A DNA stretch of 64,000 nt from an uncultured archaeon (GTDB lineage Archaea; Aenigmatarchaeota; Aenigmatarchaeia; Aenigmatarchaeales; Aenigmatarchaeaceae): NCBI GenBank assembly GCA_964608725.1, contig CAZSPB010000002.1:31234-95233 (forward strand), given 5' to 3'. The number at the start of each line of letters is the position of its first letter. Position 1 is the first letter of the stretch. The position numbers and the translations under genes were made by a program. Shown here in pieces: positions 46,288-55,436 of the stretch. The notes below the pieces were generated by a model. That model was not told where the DNA came from, ran no database searches, and saw only the letters and a program-made list of their open reading frames with translations.

Positions 46288-46773
46288 ATGGAGTTAAGAC
46301 TAAAGTCTGATATTCTTGCCCCTCAACATGTTAAGGTAATAAAAATTTCAGGACATAATCCTTCAAAAGCTTTGAAAATAATTCCTTCTTCGGTGAAAAG
46401 AATATTTAGGTTAGGGCCGGCAGATTTTTTTGAAGATAGAATAAAATGGGATACTTCTGGAGAAAAAATAACTTTTTTTGCTCAATGGAGGGGAAGAGTT
46501 AAGAAGGATGTTAGAACAAACATATGGGTAAAAGTTAGAGTACAAGGGAAAGAATCTTTGAAAGATAAAAAAGGAGATTTAACTGTATGGATAACAGGAG
46601 AACTTTTAACAAAATTTCCTTATACTAATTTTTTGGAAAAATTTATAGCTAAATCTTATTCTTTCTTTTTCTATTCTGAACATGCTAGGAAGTATGTTAC
46701 AGAAGCAAAAAGGTTGTTTGATATGCTTGAAAATGAAATAAAAAGAATGCTAAAAATTGAAATAGGTGGTTAA
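46288..46773 (+). CDS. Uncharacterised protein, paralog of 45783-46286
   Basis: SDILAP..GHNP..FRL..W..W..G..G...ITGEL.T.FP mirrors DDLLKP..GPNP..FRV..W..W..G..G...VEGAL.T.YP. Confidence 0.75.
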   Translation: MELRLKSDILAPQHVKVIKISGHNPSKALKIIPSSVKRIFRLGPADFFEDRIKWDTSGEKITFFAQWRGRVKKDVRTNIWVKVRVQGKESLKDKKGDLTVWITGELLTKFPYTNFLEKFIAKSYSFFFYSEHARKYVTEAKRLFDMLENEIKRMLKIEIGG

Positions 46774-47013
46774 ATGTTTTTTGATAGGTTTAGAAAAAAG
46801 AAAAAGGAGAAAGAAGTTAGCTTGCCTGTTCCAACTAAATTGCCAGAAGATTTAGAAAGATTTAGAGTTAGAGAAAGGTATGAACCAAGTTTACCTCCAG
46901 TTGAAACTCCAAAAGTTATTCCAAAATCAATGGATGACAAAATTGAATTAATTTTGCAAAAACTAGAAACTATAGATGCAAGACTTAGACTTCTAGAAGA
47001 AAGGTTAAGTTGA
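46774..47013 (+). CDS. Small protein with Pro-rich linker and C-terminal coiled coil
   Basis: 79 aa ending in DDKIELILQKLETIDARLRLLEERLS. Confidence 0.7.
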   Translation: MFFDRFRKKKKEKEVSLPVPTKLPEDLERFRVRERYEPSLPPVETPKVIPKSMDDKIELILQKLETIDARLRLLEERLS

Positions 47014-48015
47014 TTACCTTTTTCTTTTACTTTTTATTCCTTCACTATAATTTTCCTTTACTCTCTTTTCTATTTCTTCTTCTAAACCTAATTTTTCACA
47101 CAATTCTTTAAACCTATTCCTTATAGTTACCTCAGTTACACCAATAGCATCAGCAATTTCTCTCTGTGTTCTTTTTTCTCCTTCTAAAACAGCTGCTATA
47201 TATAAAGCAGCTGCAGCAACACCAGTTGGGCCTTTTCCAGAAGTTGCTTCATTTTTCTTTGCTTCTTCCAAGAGTCTTATTGCTCTTGCTTGAACTCTAT
47301 CACTCAAACCCAACATGCTTGCAAATCTTGGGATATAGTCTTGAGGTAAAGCAGGCAATATTCTCATTCCAAGCTCTCTTGCTATATACCTATAAGTTCT
47401 CCCTATTTCTCTTTTTTCTACACCTGAAGCTTCAGCTATTTCTTCTAAAGTCCTAGGAGTTCTCATTTCTCTACAAATAGTGTAGAGCAAAGCTGCTATC
47501 ACAGACTCCATTGATCTTCCTCTAACCAAACCTCTATCAACTGCTTGCTCATACTTTTTTGCTACTTCTTCATGAACAGATTTTGGTAATCCTAAGAAAG
47601 AAACTAATCTTTGTAATTCTGAAAGAGCAAAAGACAAATTCCTATCTTTTGATTCTACTAATCTTTTTTGCCATTTTGTGAGTCTATAATATTGGGCTCT
47701 TTTAGAAGGTGTAACTTTAAATAATTCTCCTCTCCCTCTCCCTATTTCAGTTGTTAAACCTTTATCATGTTTTGTAAAAGTTAGAGGAGCTCCTGTTCTA
47801 GTCCTTCTTGAAATTTGTTCTTCGTCAAATGCTCTCCATTCTGGAGAAGTATCTATCATTTCTTCTTCTAAAACTAGACCACATTTTGCACAAATTATTT
47901 CTCCTCTAGTAGGATCTTCTATGAAATGAGTAGAACCACATTCAGGACATCTAAAACCTTTTTTCTTCTCAGGTTTTTTCAATTTTTTCTTTGCTTTTCT
48001 TTTTTTCTTTGCCAT
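47014..48015 (-). CDS. tfb: Transcription initiation factor IIB
   Basis: CPECG..GEIIC..CG Zn ribbon, PEWRAF, RGRSMES and GKGPTGVAAAALY motifs. Confidence 0.97.
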   Translation of the reverse strand: MAKKKRKAKKKLKKPEKKKGFRCPECGSTHFIEDPTRGEIICAKCGLVLEEEMIDTSPEWRAFDEEQISRRTRTGAPLTFTKHDKGLTTEIGRGRGELFKVTPSKRAQYYRLTKWQKRLVESKDRNLSFALSELQRLVSFLGLPKSVHEEVAKKYEQAVDRGLVRGRSMESVIAALLYTICREMRTPRTLEEIAEASGVEKREIGRTYRYIARELGMRILPALPQDYIPRFASMLGLSDRVQARAIRLLEEAKKNEATSGKGPTGVAAAALYIAAVLEGEKRTQREIADAIGVTEVTIRNRFKELCEKLGLEEEIEKRVKENYSEGIKSKRKR

Positions 48016-48019
48016 TTTA

Positions 48020-48292
48020 TTACCTTCTTAACAAGTAAGCATCAAAATCTTTTTCAACTTCTTTCAAAAATGAATAGACTTTAGTAGGTGGTATTGATGC
48101 AATTAAAGAGGAATAATCCCCATAATCTTTTGCTGAAATCACATAACCTGAATTTCCATGAATTATATCTAAAGCTCTTTTAAATTCAGCATAACTACTA
48201 GGAGCTTTTACTTTAGCAACTGGAACTATTCCAGGGTTTTCATTTAGCTCTGCTAAAAATCTTAACCTCCATTTTGGATTTTCTCTAATCAT
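48020..48292 (-). CDS. Hypothetical protein
   Basis: 90 aa, co-oriented 4 bp upstream of tfb; GGTGA SD present. Confidence 0.65.
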   Translation of the reverse strand: MIRENPKWRLRFLAELNENPGIVPVAKVKAPSSYAEFKRALDIIHGNSGYVISAKDYGDYSSLIASIPPTKVYSFLKEVEKDFDAYLLRR

Positions 48293-48498
48293 TTATATTC
48301 ACCATTAGGTAGTAAACAAAACACATAAATATTTATACTTTTTGGCCTATTTAAAGATTTCGGTTTGGCCAATAGGCCTTGAACCATCAGTAAATCTCTT
48401 TTCAAAATAAATAATAGAATTTCATACCTCAATAATCAAAACATGAAAAAAGGAAATAATCCGGGCTATCATTTTCTGAGGTTATTTAACTTTGCTCA

Positions 48499-49482
48499 TT
48501 ACATCAAAGTTTCTGAATTCAAGAGAAAGATTGTAGATGCTCTTATATCGCTCACAGCAAGCACAAACTGAGTTACTCTGTTTAAACCAATTCCACAACC
48601 TGAATGAAGGTTCATCTTAGTATTCTTAACACACTCAAGATACCATTCAAAATCTTTTATGCTACCACCCTTTTTAATCAGATTCTTTAACATTTCTGAA
48701 TTCTTTAATCTCTCTAAAAGTTTTTCATACCTGTACTCTCTTTCTGCTGCACCAACTGCTTCCCCACTTATTGGCAGTATTAAATCTGTGCTATTCACTA
48801 TTTCTGGTCTCTCATCATTTTCTCTCATGTTAAAGAACTTTATAGCCTTTGGAAAATGGGTTATGAATAAGGGCCTGTTACCAAGCATTTTCACTAATAA
48901 CTTCTCGTGTTCACTTTTCAAATCATCTCCCCATTTTACTCCATGCTCTGATAACATTTCTACTGCCTTGTCATATGTTATCTTTTTAAATGGTTTTTTC
49001 ACATCCCTAAGTCTTTCTATCTCTAAACCATATAATTCCTTTTGCCTAAGAACTTCTTTTATCATTTTGCAAATGATGTTTTCTATATGTATTAGAAGCT
49101 CTTTGAAATTCCCTTCAAACTCCATTTCAATTAAAGGGAATTCAGTTAGATGCCTGTTATCGGATTCTGGCTCTGCTCTGAAACTAGGGCCAATACACCA
49201 TACTTTTTTGAGTGTAGGGATCATTGCCTCTAGGTACAATTGCTGTGTTTGACTTAGATAAGCTTTCTGACCAAAATAGTTAAGAGCAAACAGAGTGTCT
49301 ATATTTTCACATGCTCCAGTGGCTTTTGTTATATGTGGTGCATTAATTTCTATGAAGCCATTTTCCACGAAATAATCTCTTGCACCTTTTAATAAAGCTG
49401 CTTCAACTCTTGCAATAGTTTCCAACTCTTTTGTTTCAATAAACTTATGCCTATTTTTAGTTTCCTTCAATTTTTCCCACAT
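48499..49482 (-). CDS. AsnRS-like protein lacking the anticodon-binding domain, probable archaeal asparagine synthetase (AS-AR type)
   Basis: 327 aa catalytic core only: YLSQTQQLYLE, FRAEP..DNRHLTEF, GEAVGAAERE and HSGCGIGLNR. No OB fold. Confidence 0.8.
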   Translation of the reverse strand: MWEKLKETKNRHKFIETKELETIARVEAALLKGARDYFVENGFIEINAPHITKATGACENIDTLFALNYFGQKAYLSQTQQLYLEAMIPTLKKVWCIGPSFRAEPESDNRHLTEFPLIEMEFEGNFKELLIHIENIICKMIKEVLRQKELYGLEIERLRDVKKPFKKITYDKAVEMLSEHGVKWGDDLKSEHEKLLVKMLGNRPLFITHFPKAIKFFNMRENDERPEIVNSTDLILPISGEAVGAAEREYRYEKLLERLKNSEMLKNLIKKGGSIKDFEWYLECVKNTKMNLHSGCGIGLNRVTQFVLAVSDIRASTIFLLNSETLM

Positions 49483-49486
49483 AAAA

Positions 49487-49503
49487 CCCTCCTCCAGGGA
49501 GGG
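49487..49503 (-). promoter_or_regulatory. Hairpin containing the Shine-Dalgarno sequence of the asparagine synthetase gene
   Basis: Minus strand CCCTCC-CTGGA-GGAGGG-TTTT-ATG. Confidence 0.5.
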
Positions 49504-49574
49504 AGAAAAAGCCTTCCATAATTAAGCTAAAATAATTTTTATCTTTTTCTATTTAATGAAAAATATTTTCTATC

Positions 49575-50210
49575 CTAAACTTTTATGAGAATAACTGAAA
49601 TGTTGTCGGGAGATCTTCTTGATTTTAAAGCATTGTTTATTAATTTAGAAACTGCTAATTCTAATTTTTCATTTAATAAAATTTTTCTTATTTTTTCTTT
49701 TTCAAGGTTATCAATCAAACCATCAGAGCAAAGGAGTACTTTATCGTTTTCTTTAATTTCAAATTCGTTTTCATGAATTTTTTCTATATTAAAACCGACG
49801 GCTTGAGTGAGTAAAAAACTGAAATGGCCCCTATCTAAAGGAGTGAGCATTTTCAACTTCTTCTCTCTTAAAAGAAAAGCAGGACTATCACCAACATTAA
49901 CTACATAACCTTTATTATTTTCAAATTTCACAGCAACTACAGTAGAGCTCATCCCTTCAAGAGAAGGTTCATTTTCTATCATTTTTCTTATCCTTTCGTG
50001 AGCAAGTTTAACTAACCTCAACAATTCTTCTTTCGGATTTTCATTTTTATATTCTTTGAAAGTTTCTATTACTATCTCACTTGCTTTTTCTCCAGCAACT
50101 TCACCACCTAGACCATCAGCAACAACATAAAGTTTCTTCTTATCATCAATGAGAATTTTATCTTCATTATTTATTCTTAAACCCTTTACACTTTTTCCAA
50201 AACTTTTCAT
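49575..50210 (-). CDS. PP2C/PPM family Ser/Thr protein phosphatase
   Basis: RINNED, VADGLGG..AGEKAS, VGDS, LTQAVG, CSDGL and DNIS motifs. Confidence 0.92.
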   Translation of the reverse strand: MKSFGKSVKGLRINNEDKILIDDKKKLYVVADGLGGEVAGEKASEIVIETFKEYKNENPKEELLRLVKLAHERIRKMIENEPSLEGMSSTVVAVKFENNKGYVVNVGDSPAFLLREKKLKMLTPLDRGHFSFLLTQAVGFNIEKIHENEFEIKENDKVLLCSDGLIDNLEKEKIRKILLNEKLELAVSKLINNALKSRRSPDNISVILIKV

Positions 50211-51052
50211 AGTATCATCAAAGATAAAAGAAAGCCAGAAAGAGTTCCCAAAGTTATGAAAGGTAAAGCAGGCAAAACTTGAGGTTTTTTGATAGTAAAA
50301 GTTATTAGAAAGAAAAGGGCTATTAAAGAACCTATCATAGTTATTATTGAATTTAAAATGCTAAATTTGCTTAATAATGAAACTGAAAACATTAAAGGGA
50401 TTACCATATCTCCAACACCTAATTGAAATACATGAACTTTTTTCTTAGTTTTTTTGAATGGAATGTAAACTGGTTTTTTAAATTTATGAGGAGCTGCTAT
50501 AGTAAAAGCAGTTGGTTTTTCTGTAACTATTTTTGCTAAACGTACCATATGCTTTGTTATAAAAACTGAAATAAAATCGTAAATAGAAAGAATTATAATA
50601 AATATTAAAGATGGAAGTAAGCCTAGAGAACCTCCTAACAAACTTCCAACACCTGCTCCTGAAATTACAGCTGCTACATTCTGACTTAAAATACTAGGTT
50701 TTAAAACTTTCCATATAGTTAAAAGTAAAGCAAGAAAAAGGCCTATTGAAAACATTCCTATTCCAAAAGGAAACAAAAAATCAAAAACGAACCAAGAAGA
50801 AAAGAAGACAACAAAAGCTTCTAAACCTCTCACAACACCTTTCCATATTCTTACAGTAAATAAAATTATAATTGTAACAATTATTATGTAAAGGAAAAGG
50901 ATAAAAGAATTCTCAACTTTCTCAGGTTGAGGCAAAGCAGGAGCTAATTCACCCCTCTTTATACTTCTCATGTATTCGTTACCAACATATAAACCAAGGA
51001 ATTGTGTTGCTAAGAACATCAAAATGATCAAAAAAGCTCCACTTACTCTCAT
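50207..51052 (-). CDS. Presenilin / signal peptide peptidase-like GxGD intramembrane aspartyl protease
   Basis: YD, LGVGD and PALP motifs in a polytopic protein. Confidence 0.9.
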   Translation of the reverse strand: MRVSGAFLIILMFLATQFLGLYVGNEYMRSIKRGELAPALPQPEKVENSFILFLYIIIVTIIILFTVRIWKGVVRGLEAFVVFFSSWFVFDFLFPFGIGMFSIGLFLALLLTIWKVLKPSILSQNVAAVISGAGVGSLLGGSLGLLPSLIFIIILSIYDFISVFITKHMVRLAKIVTEKPTAFTIAAPHKFKKPVYIPFKKTKKKVHVFQLGVGDMVIPLMFSVSLLSKFSILNSIITMIGSLIALFFLITFTIKKPQVLPALPFITLGTLSGFLLSLMIL

Positions 51053-51164
51053 TTATCTTAGTTTATCCTTTTAATTTATAAGTTTTCTCTTTTCAAAAAT
51101 TTGTTTTCAAAAAAAGATTTTCTATAACAAAAATACTTTTAAATAAAGTTTCAAAAATAAAATT

Positions 51165-51218
51165 ACCTCGAAAGAGGTCTATTTTTGACCCAACGGCTCA
51201 AGAGTGGCGAGTTGGGTC
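51165..51218 (+). ncRNA. Candidate structured RNA or 5' leader with two hairpins
   Basis: ACCTC-GAAA-GAGGT (51165-51178) and GACCCAAC...GTTGGGTC (51187-51218); GC-rich patch downstream of a TATA-like TTTAAATA at about 51138. Confidence 0.4.
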
Positions 51219-51252
51219 TTCATTCTTAAATTCTAAAGATAAAAATAGAAAT

Positions 51253-51579
51253 ATGGGAAGTAGAAAAGGTAGTAGAAGAGAAAGAGAACTTCTTGAAATG
51301 CTAACAAAAAAAGGTTATGTAGTTCATAGAGTAGCTGGTTCTGGCCTTGGAGAAAAAGCTATTTGTGACCTTGTTGCTGTTAAAAAAGGAAAAGTATTTT
51401 TTATAGAATGTAAGTCAAGAAAAAGAGTTTATTATCCAAAAGAACATTTAAAACAGTTAAATGAACTAAGGAAAAAAGCAAAGAGTTGTAAAGCAAAACC
51501 TATCCTTGCTGTTAAGTTAAACTATAGAGATTGGAAGTTAATAGATATTACTAAAAAAATACCAAAAAAAGTTCTTTAA
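51253..51579 (+). CDS. hjc: Holliday junction resolvase Hjc
   Basis: KGSRRERELL, RVAGSG, DLVA and IECKS motifs. Confidence 0.92.
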   Translation: MGSRKGSRRERELLEMLTKKGYVVHRVAGSGLGEKAICDLVAVKKGKVFFIECKSRKRVYYPKEHLKQLNELRKKAKSCKAKPILAVKLNYRDWKLIDITKKIPKKVL

Positions 51580-51824
51580 CTTTTTACATATTTCATAATT
51601 TTCTTATCAACTATTATTCTTTTTTCTTCTATTTTTATTAGCCCAAGTTCTTCTAAATCTTCTAAATCTTTTTCCAATTTTCTTATTCTTTTTTTATCAA
51701 AAGGAGAATATACTATTCCTGAAACAACACTTAAAAAACCTGCTTTGTTTATAGGAGAGGATGCATTAAAAGAACATTCTGCTAACTTATCTATAATACT
51801 TTTATACTTCCTTAATTCTTTCAT
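51576..51824 (-). CDS. Hypothetical protein, possibly wHTH-like
   Basis: 82 aa ORF; LEDLEELGLIKIEE resembles a wing. Confidence 0.5.
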   Translation of the reverse strand: MKELRKYKSIIDKLAECSFNASSPINKAGFLSVVSGIVYSPFDKKRIRKLEKDLEDLEELGLIKIEEKRIIVDKKIMKYVKS

Positions 51825-51853
51825 CTTTTAATTTAGAAAATAAAAGCTTAAAA

Positions 51854-53557
51854 TTATTTTGTTTTTCTCCCTCTTTGTATCTCATAAATCCTTTTTATCC
51901 TTTCTATGGTATCAGCTTCATCAGGCCCTTTGTCCCATCTTATCCTTAAGAATCTTGGAAACCTCAAAGCGAAACCAGAAGAATAAGTTGGACTTTTTTG
52001 TATTTCTTCGTAAGCAACTTCAATCACAACTTTCGGTTTAATTTTTACCTCATTTCCTTTTTCAGATTCAATGTTAGGCTTTAATAATTTTGTCAAATCT
52101 TCAAAAGTTACATCATTTGGATTAGTCTTCTTCTCTTTTACTCCTGTCCCTAGCATTCCACACTCTAAAAATTTCCCAGTAGAAGGATCTCTACATCCTA
52201 ATATGTAAGAACCTAACCAGCCAGTTCTTTTCCCAGTCCCCCATGTTGCACCTATTATGACTAAATCTAAACTCTCGAGAGTTGGTTTCACTTTTAACCA
52301 TCCACCAGCAACCCTCCTTCCTGGCTGATATATTGCATCTAGATTTTTAACCATCAAACCTTCTTGTCCTTCTTTTAAAGCCTTTTCATAAAATCTTTTA
52401 GCTTTTCTCATATCTTTTGTAACAATTTGTTCACTTAACTGAAACCTTCCAGGTATAACCTTCACTATTTTTTCTAGTTTTTTCCTCCTTTCTTTCAAAG
52501 GAAGAGAAAAGAGAGTTTTTCCATTTAAGTAAACTATGTCAAAAAGGTTTATTTGAATTGGTATTTTCTCTATCATTTTTTCAATATCATATTTCCTTTT
52601 AATCCTTTGAGATAACATTTGAAATGGTAAAGGTTTCTTTGTTTTAGGGTCAATAGCTAAAGTTTCACCTTCAACTATACATTCCCTTGCTTTTAAGCCT
52701 TTTTTACACAATTCAACTAAATCTGGAAAAGCTTTCGTAACATTTTCTTGTCTCCTTGTAAAAATCCATATTTTTTCTCCTTTTTTGTGAATTTGAGATC
52801 TCATACCATCATACTTAATTTCTAAACCAACATTCTCAAAAGATTCGATAGCATCTTTCAAAGAAGGTGCTTTTTCTGCAAGAAGAACAGCAATAGGTCT
52901 CCCTACTTCTATTTTCACTTTTTTTAACCCTTTTTCACCTTTTTCTTTCGCTATTTTTGCAACTTCTCCATAATCTTGGTTCAAGAACCATGCATTTTCA
53001 ACTAAAGTTGAAGAAACTTTGAATGCTTTTGCTATAGCATCTCTAACTATACCTTCAGCAACACCTACTCTCAATTCTCCTAAAATAGTTCTAACTATAT
53101 ACCTAGCTTCCTTAGGGCTTGATTGAGATAAAAGTTCTGCTATCAAATTTAGCTTTCTTTCTTGAGAACCTTTCCCAGTTTGTTTTGCTATCTTTCTTAA
53201 TATTTCAAAAACATCTTTAACTAGCAAAGTCTTCTTTATTAAAGGTTTTTGCTTTCTATTCTTCACAAAATATTCTGCTGTTAAGCCTAAGTCTCCTGTT
53301 TCCTTAAATTTTTTGCTTATTTCTTCACTTTTCACTCCACAAGCTTTAGAAATTGCTTTTATCATTAGTTGATTAGCAACTCCTAACTCTTCTTCACTCC
53401 AACTTGGGAAAACAACTCCTTTAAGTAAGAGAACTATTTTAGGTAAGATATCAGAAGGTGTTTTTTTTAGTAATTCTGCTACAATACTTATTTTTTCCAA
53501 TTTTGAAGAAATCTTTTCTAGCCTTTCATAATAATCTGCTAAGGTAGAATACTTCAT
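51854..53557 (-). CDS. lig: ATP-dependent DNA ligase
   Basis: EIKYDGMR (motif I), EGE, FDIVY, EGLMVK, WLKVK and LRFPRF motifs. Confidence 0.97.
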   Translation of the reverse strand: MKYSTLADYYERLEKISSKLEKISIVAELLKKTPSDILPKIVLLLKGVVFPSWSEEELGVANQLMIKAISKACGVKSEEISKKFKETGDLGLTAEYFVKNRKQKPLIKKTLLVKDVFEILRKIAKQTGKGSQERKLNLIAELLSQSSPKEARYIVRTILGELRVGVAEGIVRDAIAKAFKVSSTLVENAWFLNQDYGEVAKIAKEKGEKGLKKVKIEVGRPIAVLLAEKAPSLKDAIESFENVGLEIKYDGMRSQIHKKGEKIWIFTRRQENVTKAFPDLVELCKKGLKARECIVEGETLAIDPKTKKPLPFQMLSQRIKRKYDIEKMIEKIPIQINLFDIVYLNGKTLFSLPLKERRKKLEKIVKVIPGRFQLSEQIVTKDMRKAKRFYEKALKEGQEGLMVKNLDAIYQPGRRVAGGWLKVKPTLESLDLVIIGATWGTGKRTGWLGSYILGCRDPSTGKFLECGMLGTGVKEKKTNPNDVTFEDLTKLLKPNIESEKGNEVKIKPKVVIEVAYEEIQKSPTYSSGFALRFPRFLRIRWDKGPDEADTIERIKRIYEIQRGRKTK

Positions 53558-53617
53558 ATAAAGGAATTATCACTTTAAATATAAAATCTTTTTAATTCTG
53601 ACTACCAATTTATCTTT

Positions 53618-54283
53618 ATGCCATTCAAAGTTTTAAAGGAATTTGGAAAAAAGAGAAAAATAGAAGAATTTGAAGAGCCAGTAGAAGTTGAAATATTTGA
53701 TATAATTTATGATATCATAAAAAGTAGGAGAACAATAAGAAAGTATCTTGATAAAAAAGTTGATGATGAAACTATATTAAAAATATTAGATGCAGCAAGA
53801 TATGCCCCTTCAGCAGGAAATCACCAACCATGGGAGTTTATAGTTGTAAGAGACCCTAGAACAAAAGCAGATTTAGTTGAAGCTTCTTATGGACAAGATT
53901 GGATGCTTTCAGCCCCTGTTTTCATAGTAGCTTGCATAAATACGAGGTTAGCTGGTGCTGTTTATGGAGAGAGAGGATTAAAGTTATTTGGAATACAAGA
54001 TGTTGCTGCCGCTATTCAAAATATTCTTTTGGCTGCAGAAGCTCTAGGGTTAGGAACAGCTTGGGTTGGTATGTTTTCTGAACCAATGGTTTCTGTTATT
54101 TTACATTGTCCAGAATACGTTAGACCATGTGCTATAATAACTCTTGGCTATCCTGCTGAAGAACCCAAACCCCCTGTCTTGCAAAACCTTGATGAATTTG
54201 TTCATTTTGAAAGATTTGGTCAAACTATTTTAGAAAAGAGAGTAGAAAAAGAGAAGAAACCATATTATATGAAATTCAAATAA
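53618..54283 (+). CDS. Nitroreductase family protein
   Basis: SRRTIRKY, APSAGNHQPW and LGLGTAWVG motifs. Confidence 0.9.
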   Translation: MPFKVLKEFGKKRKIEEFEEPVEVEIFDIIYDIIKSRRTIRKYLDKKVDDETILKILDAARYAPSAGNHQPWEFIVVRDPRTKADLVEASYGQDWMLSAPVFIVACINTRLAGAVYGERGLKLFGIQDVAAAIQNILLAAEALGLGTAWVGMFSEPMVSVILHCPEYVRPCAIITLGYPAEEPKPPVLQNLDEFVHFERFGQTILEKRVEKEKKPYYMKFK

Positions 54284-54390
54284 TGTAAAAAGTTTAGAAC
54301 CTATTTCTTCTTTTATACTCGCTTATGAATTTCGAGAAAAATTCTATCTAAGTAACCAAGAATTTATAATAGAAAACTCAAAATAAAGGT

Positions 54391-55332
54391 ATGATATTTT
54401 TTGATATTTTACTGTTTTTGGTTGGTTGTATTCTTCTAGGAACCAGTGGCCATTTAATGGTCAAAACCTTGAAGAAACTTACAGGTTACTACAAGTTAAA
54501 AGAATTTGTCGTGAGTTTTATACTAGTCTCAATTCTTACCTCGTTTCCAGAACTCTTTGTCGGTATCTTTTCTGCTTTGAGCCATGTACCAAAATTATCC
54601 GTTGGAGATGTAATTGGTGCTAATATAGTTGATTTAACTCTTGTCGTTGGTATTGCTGCATTACTTGGAAAAAGAATAAAAATTAAAAGTGAAATAGAGA
54701 GAAAGGATATCTTTTATACCTCAGGAATAGCAATCCTTCCTCTCATCCTTACCCTAGACCACTTTCTTTCAGAAACCGATGCAATAATTCTTCTTTTCAT
54801 ATTTCTTTTAAATCTTATGATCCTCTATGGTGAGAGAAAACAATTTAAAAAAGAGGTTACAGACAAGATTAGGAAAAGAGAAGTTTTGAAAGATTCTCTC
54901 ATATTCATCATAGGCCTTTTTATACTTCTAGTAAGTTCTGAAATTATAGTTCAAACTGCGACCAAGTTAGTTGTAGATCTTAACCTAGCACCTCTTCTTA
55001 TTGGTTTGACTCTTGTTTCAATAGGAACAACACTTCCAGAACTCTCTTTTGAAGTTAATTCTGTTCTCCGAGGGCACAGTGGTATGGCCTTAGGAGATCT
55101 GCTTGGAAGTGTTGTGACGAACTCGACTCTTGTTCTTGGTGTTACAGCTTTGTTAAGCAATGGAATAGAATTCTACTCACACTCATTTTTTGAAGGTATT
55201 GTGACTATGATATTAGTTTTGGGAATGTTCAATATATTTTCTAAAACTGAGTATGAAATAACTTGGAAAGAAGGATTGATACTTCTAGGCATATATATAG
55301 TTTTCATAATTACAAGTCTTTTGATAAGATAA
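54391..55332 (+). CDS. Na+/Ca2+ antiporter (CaCA, YrbG-like)
   Basis: Two alpha repeats, LTSFPEL..GANI and GTTLPEL..GSVVTN. Confidence 0.9.
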   Translation: MIFFDILLFLVGCILLGTSGHLMVKTLKKLTGYYKLKEFVVSFILVSILTSFPELFVGIFSALSHVPKLSVGDVIGANIVDLTLVVGIAALLGKRIKIKSEIERKDIFYTSGIAILPLILTLDHFLSETDAIILLFIFLLNLMILYGERKQFKKEVTDKIRKREVLKDSLIFIIGLFILLVSSEIIVQTATKLVVDLNLAPLLIGLTLVSIGTTLPELSFEVNSVLRGHSGMALGDLLGSVVTNSTLVLGVTALLSNGIEFYSHSFFEGIVTMILVLGMFNIFSKTEYEITWKEGLILLGIYIVFIITSLLIR

Positions 55333-55436
55333 GAAAAAAGAAAGAGAAAGTTAGTTATTCTTGCTGAAGAATATTAAGAAGAAAGGAGCTTCTTCCAACT
55401 CTTTTTCGCTCCTTTCCTTCTTTTCTTCCATTTGGA

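Noticed and set aside
47950-48015. Lys-rich termini on TFB, MNT-HEPN and others as localisation signals
   Set aside because: Expected from AAA/AAG-rich coding in an AT-rich genome.
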